Assembly (NCBI GenBank): GCA_038087875.1
Contig: CM075990.1
Location: forward strand, 1,614,001 to 1,678,000
Source: Malacoraja senta
Lineage: Eukaryota
Direction of reading: 5' to 3'
Length of the DNA stretch: 64,000 nucleotides
This document shows, piece by piece, positions 62,609-64,000 of this stretch (its first letter is position 1; each line of letters begins with the position of its first letter). A model generated the notes under the pieces. That model was not told the origin of the DNA. It ran no database searches and saw only the letters and a program-made list of their open reading frames with translations. Position numbers and translations under genes: made by a program.

Positions 62609-64000
62609 TTTCATATCAAGCTTTTCAAAATAAAAAGAATAAGACCGAACAATTGCAGCGAGAAGAACAAATTAGACAATTGGATTTAGATAATGCGAAA
62701 GAGCCAACTATAGAAATTTTGGAATCTATAATATCAAAGGAAGATTTGTCAATAAAAATTGGTATCGTCTGAAATAAATACAGAAATTTAGGTAAAATGA
62801 ACATTTTAATAGCATTGATTCGGCCAATTAAGGATAAGGACATTGGTGACCATTTAGTAAACTGATGTTTAATATGGTCAATTAAAGGCATACAATTAGC
62901 TTTAAATAAATCCTTGTGTTTCTTGGTGATCTTAATACCTAAATAAGTAAAACCTTCGGTAGTCAATCTAAGTGGAAACTGTCCATAATTCGAAACAAGA
63001 TTATTTAATGGAAAAAGCTTTAGTTTATAACCAGAAAAACGACAAAATTGATTAAGTAATGCTACTATTGCCGGAATCGATTTCTCAGGGTTAGAAATAA
63101 ATAATAACAAATCATCTGCATATAGAGATAGCTTATGTGTCTTATTCCCGCGGACAATACCAAAAATATTAGGGGATTCCATAATAGCGGTGGCTAAAGG
63201 TTCCAAAGCAATATCAAATAGTAAAGGACTTAAGGGACAGCCCTGTCTAGTACCTCGAAAGAGCATGAAAAAAGGGGATCTCTGATTATTGGTAAATACA
63301 GAAGCCTAAGGTATATGATATATCAGCTTGATCCAAGAAATAAATTTTGGACCAATCTTAAATTTTTCAAGTGTATTGAAGAAGTATTCCCATTCTATAT
63401 CAAACGCCTTCTCGGCATCAAGTGAGATGACACATTCTGGGGTGTTATTTGACGCTGTATATACAATATTCATTAATCTCCTAACGTTAAAGTATGAGTA
63501 ACGATTTTTAATAAAACCTGTCTAATCTTCAGTGATAATTTGCGGTAAAATATTTTCCAATCTCATAGCTAATATTTTGGACAGAATTTTGAAATCTACA
63601 TTTAACATTGATATAGGTCTATATGATGTCACTTCAGTAGGGTCTTTATCTTTTTTAAGAATTAAAGAAATAGATGCTTCATAAAAAGATTGTGGTAATC
63701 TATTCCTTAAAAAGGCTTCTTTAAATACCTTGCATAGCCAGGGAGACAATAAATTTGAAAAATTCTACTGTAAACCCATCTAAACCGGGAGCTTTACCAA
63801 AATTCATTGAAATAATTGCTTTCTGTATTTCTTCTTCCGTGATGGGTTCATCTAACAACAGAGACTCATTATATGGTAAATTTGGTAAGTTCAGTTTCTA
63901 TAAAAACTCATGCATTATGTTGGAATCAGTAGGAAATTCTGATTGGTATAGGGAGGTATAAAATTCCTGAAAGGCTTTATTAATTTCGTCATGGTCTACA

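Larger units (their letters stand above)
53883..62711 (-). mobile_element. L1-B: L1 insertion with an 18-bp TSD and 5' inversion
   Basis: TSD AGAAATTTTGGAATCTAT (53865-53882, 62712-62729); A-rich tail at 53883; sense part down from 61441; inverted EN-bearing part 61442-62711. Confidence 0.92.
52169..64000 (-). mobile_element. L1-A: L1-clade LINE ORF2 (pieces 52169-53882 and 62712-64000), host of L1-B
   Basis: RT (GTRQGCPLSP, YADD) 62712-63749 continues as SYIWQNK...GGLALPNLRFYYWA at 53864; Cys-rich C-terminus and A-rich tail near 52170. Confidence 0.9.

Noticed and set aside
62458..63266. Apparent chimeric ORFs crossing 62711
   Set aside because: Read-through across the L1-B inversion/TSD junction, not genes

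Overview
Eukaryotic, almost entirely repeat-derived 64 kb. The TE repertoire and a GPR139-like fragment suggest a cartilaginous fish such as a skate or ray (inference). LTR and DIRS content: four Ty3/Gypsy retrotransposons (one near-intact with 213-bp LTRs and 5-bp TSD, two internally deleted, one old and heavily nested) and two DIRS tyrosine-recombinase elements with intact ITR/ICR termini. LINE content: three L1 elements (one with an 18-bp TSD and a twin-priming-type 5' inversion), Rex1/Babar and CR1 pieces, and Penelope fragments with many hammerhead-ribozyme motifs. DNA-transposon content: THAP-carrying non-autonomous elements with AT TSDs, and a palindromic MITE with an 8-bp TSD carrying hammerhead motifs on both strands. 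Host sequence is limited to four canonical tRNA genes (Asp-GTC, iMet x2 in a 2.24-kb tandem duplication, Phe-GAA), a decayed tRNA-Lys, the 3' half of a GPR139-like GPCR and an orphan USP5-like last exon. A 200-N gap lies at 35998-36197. No intact host protein gene is evident. Everything was read by eye; family names are motif-based, not database-confirmed.
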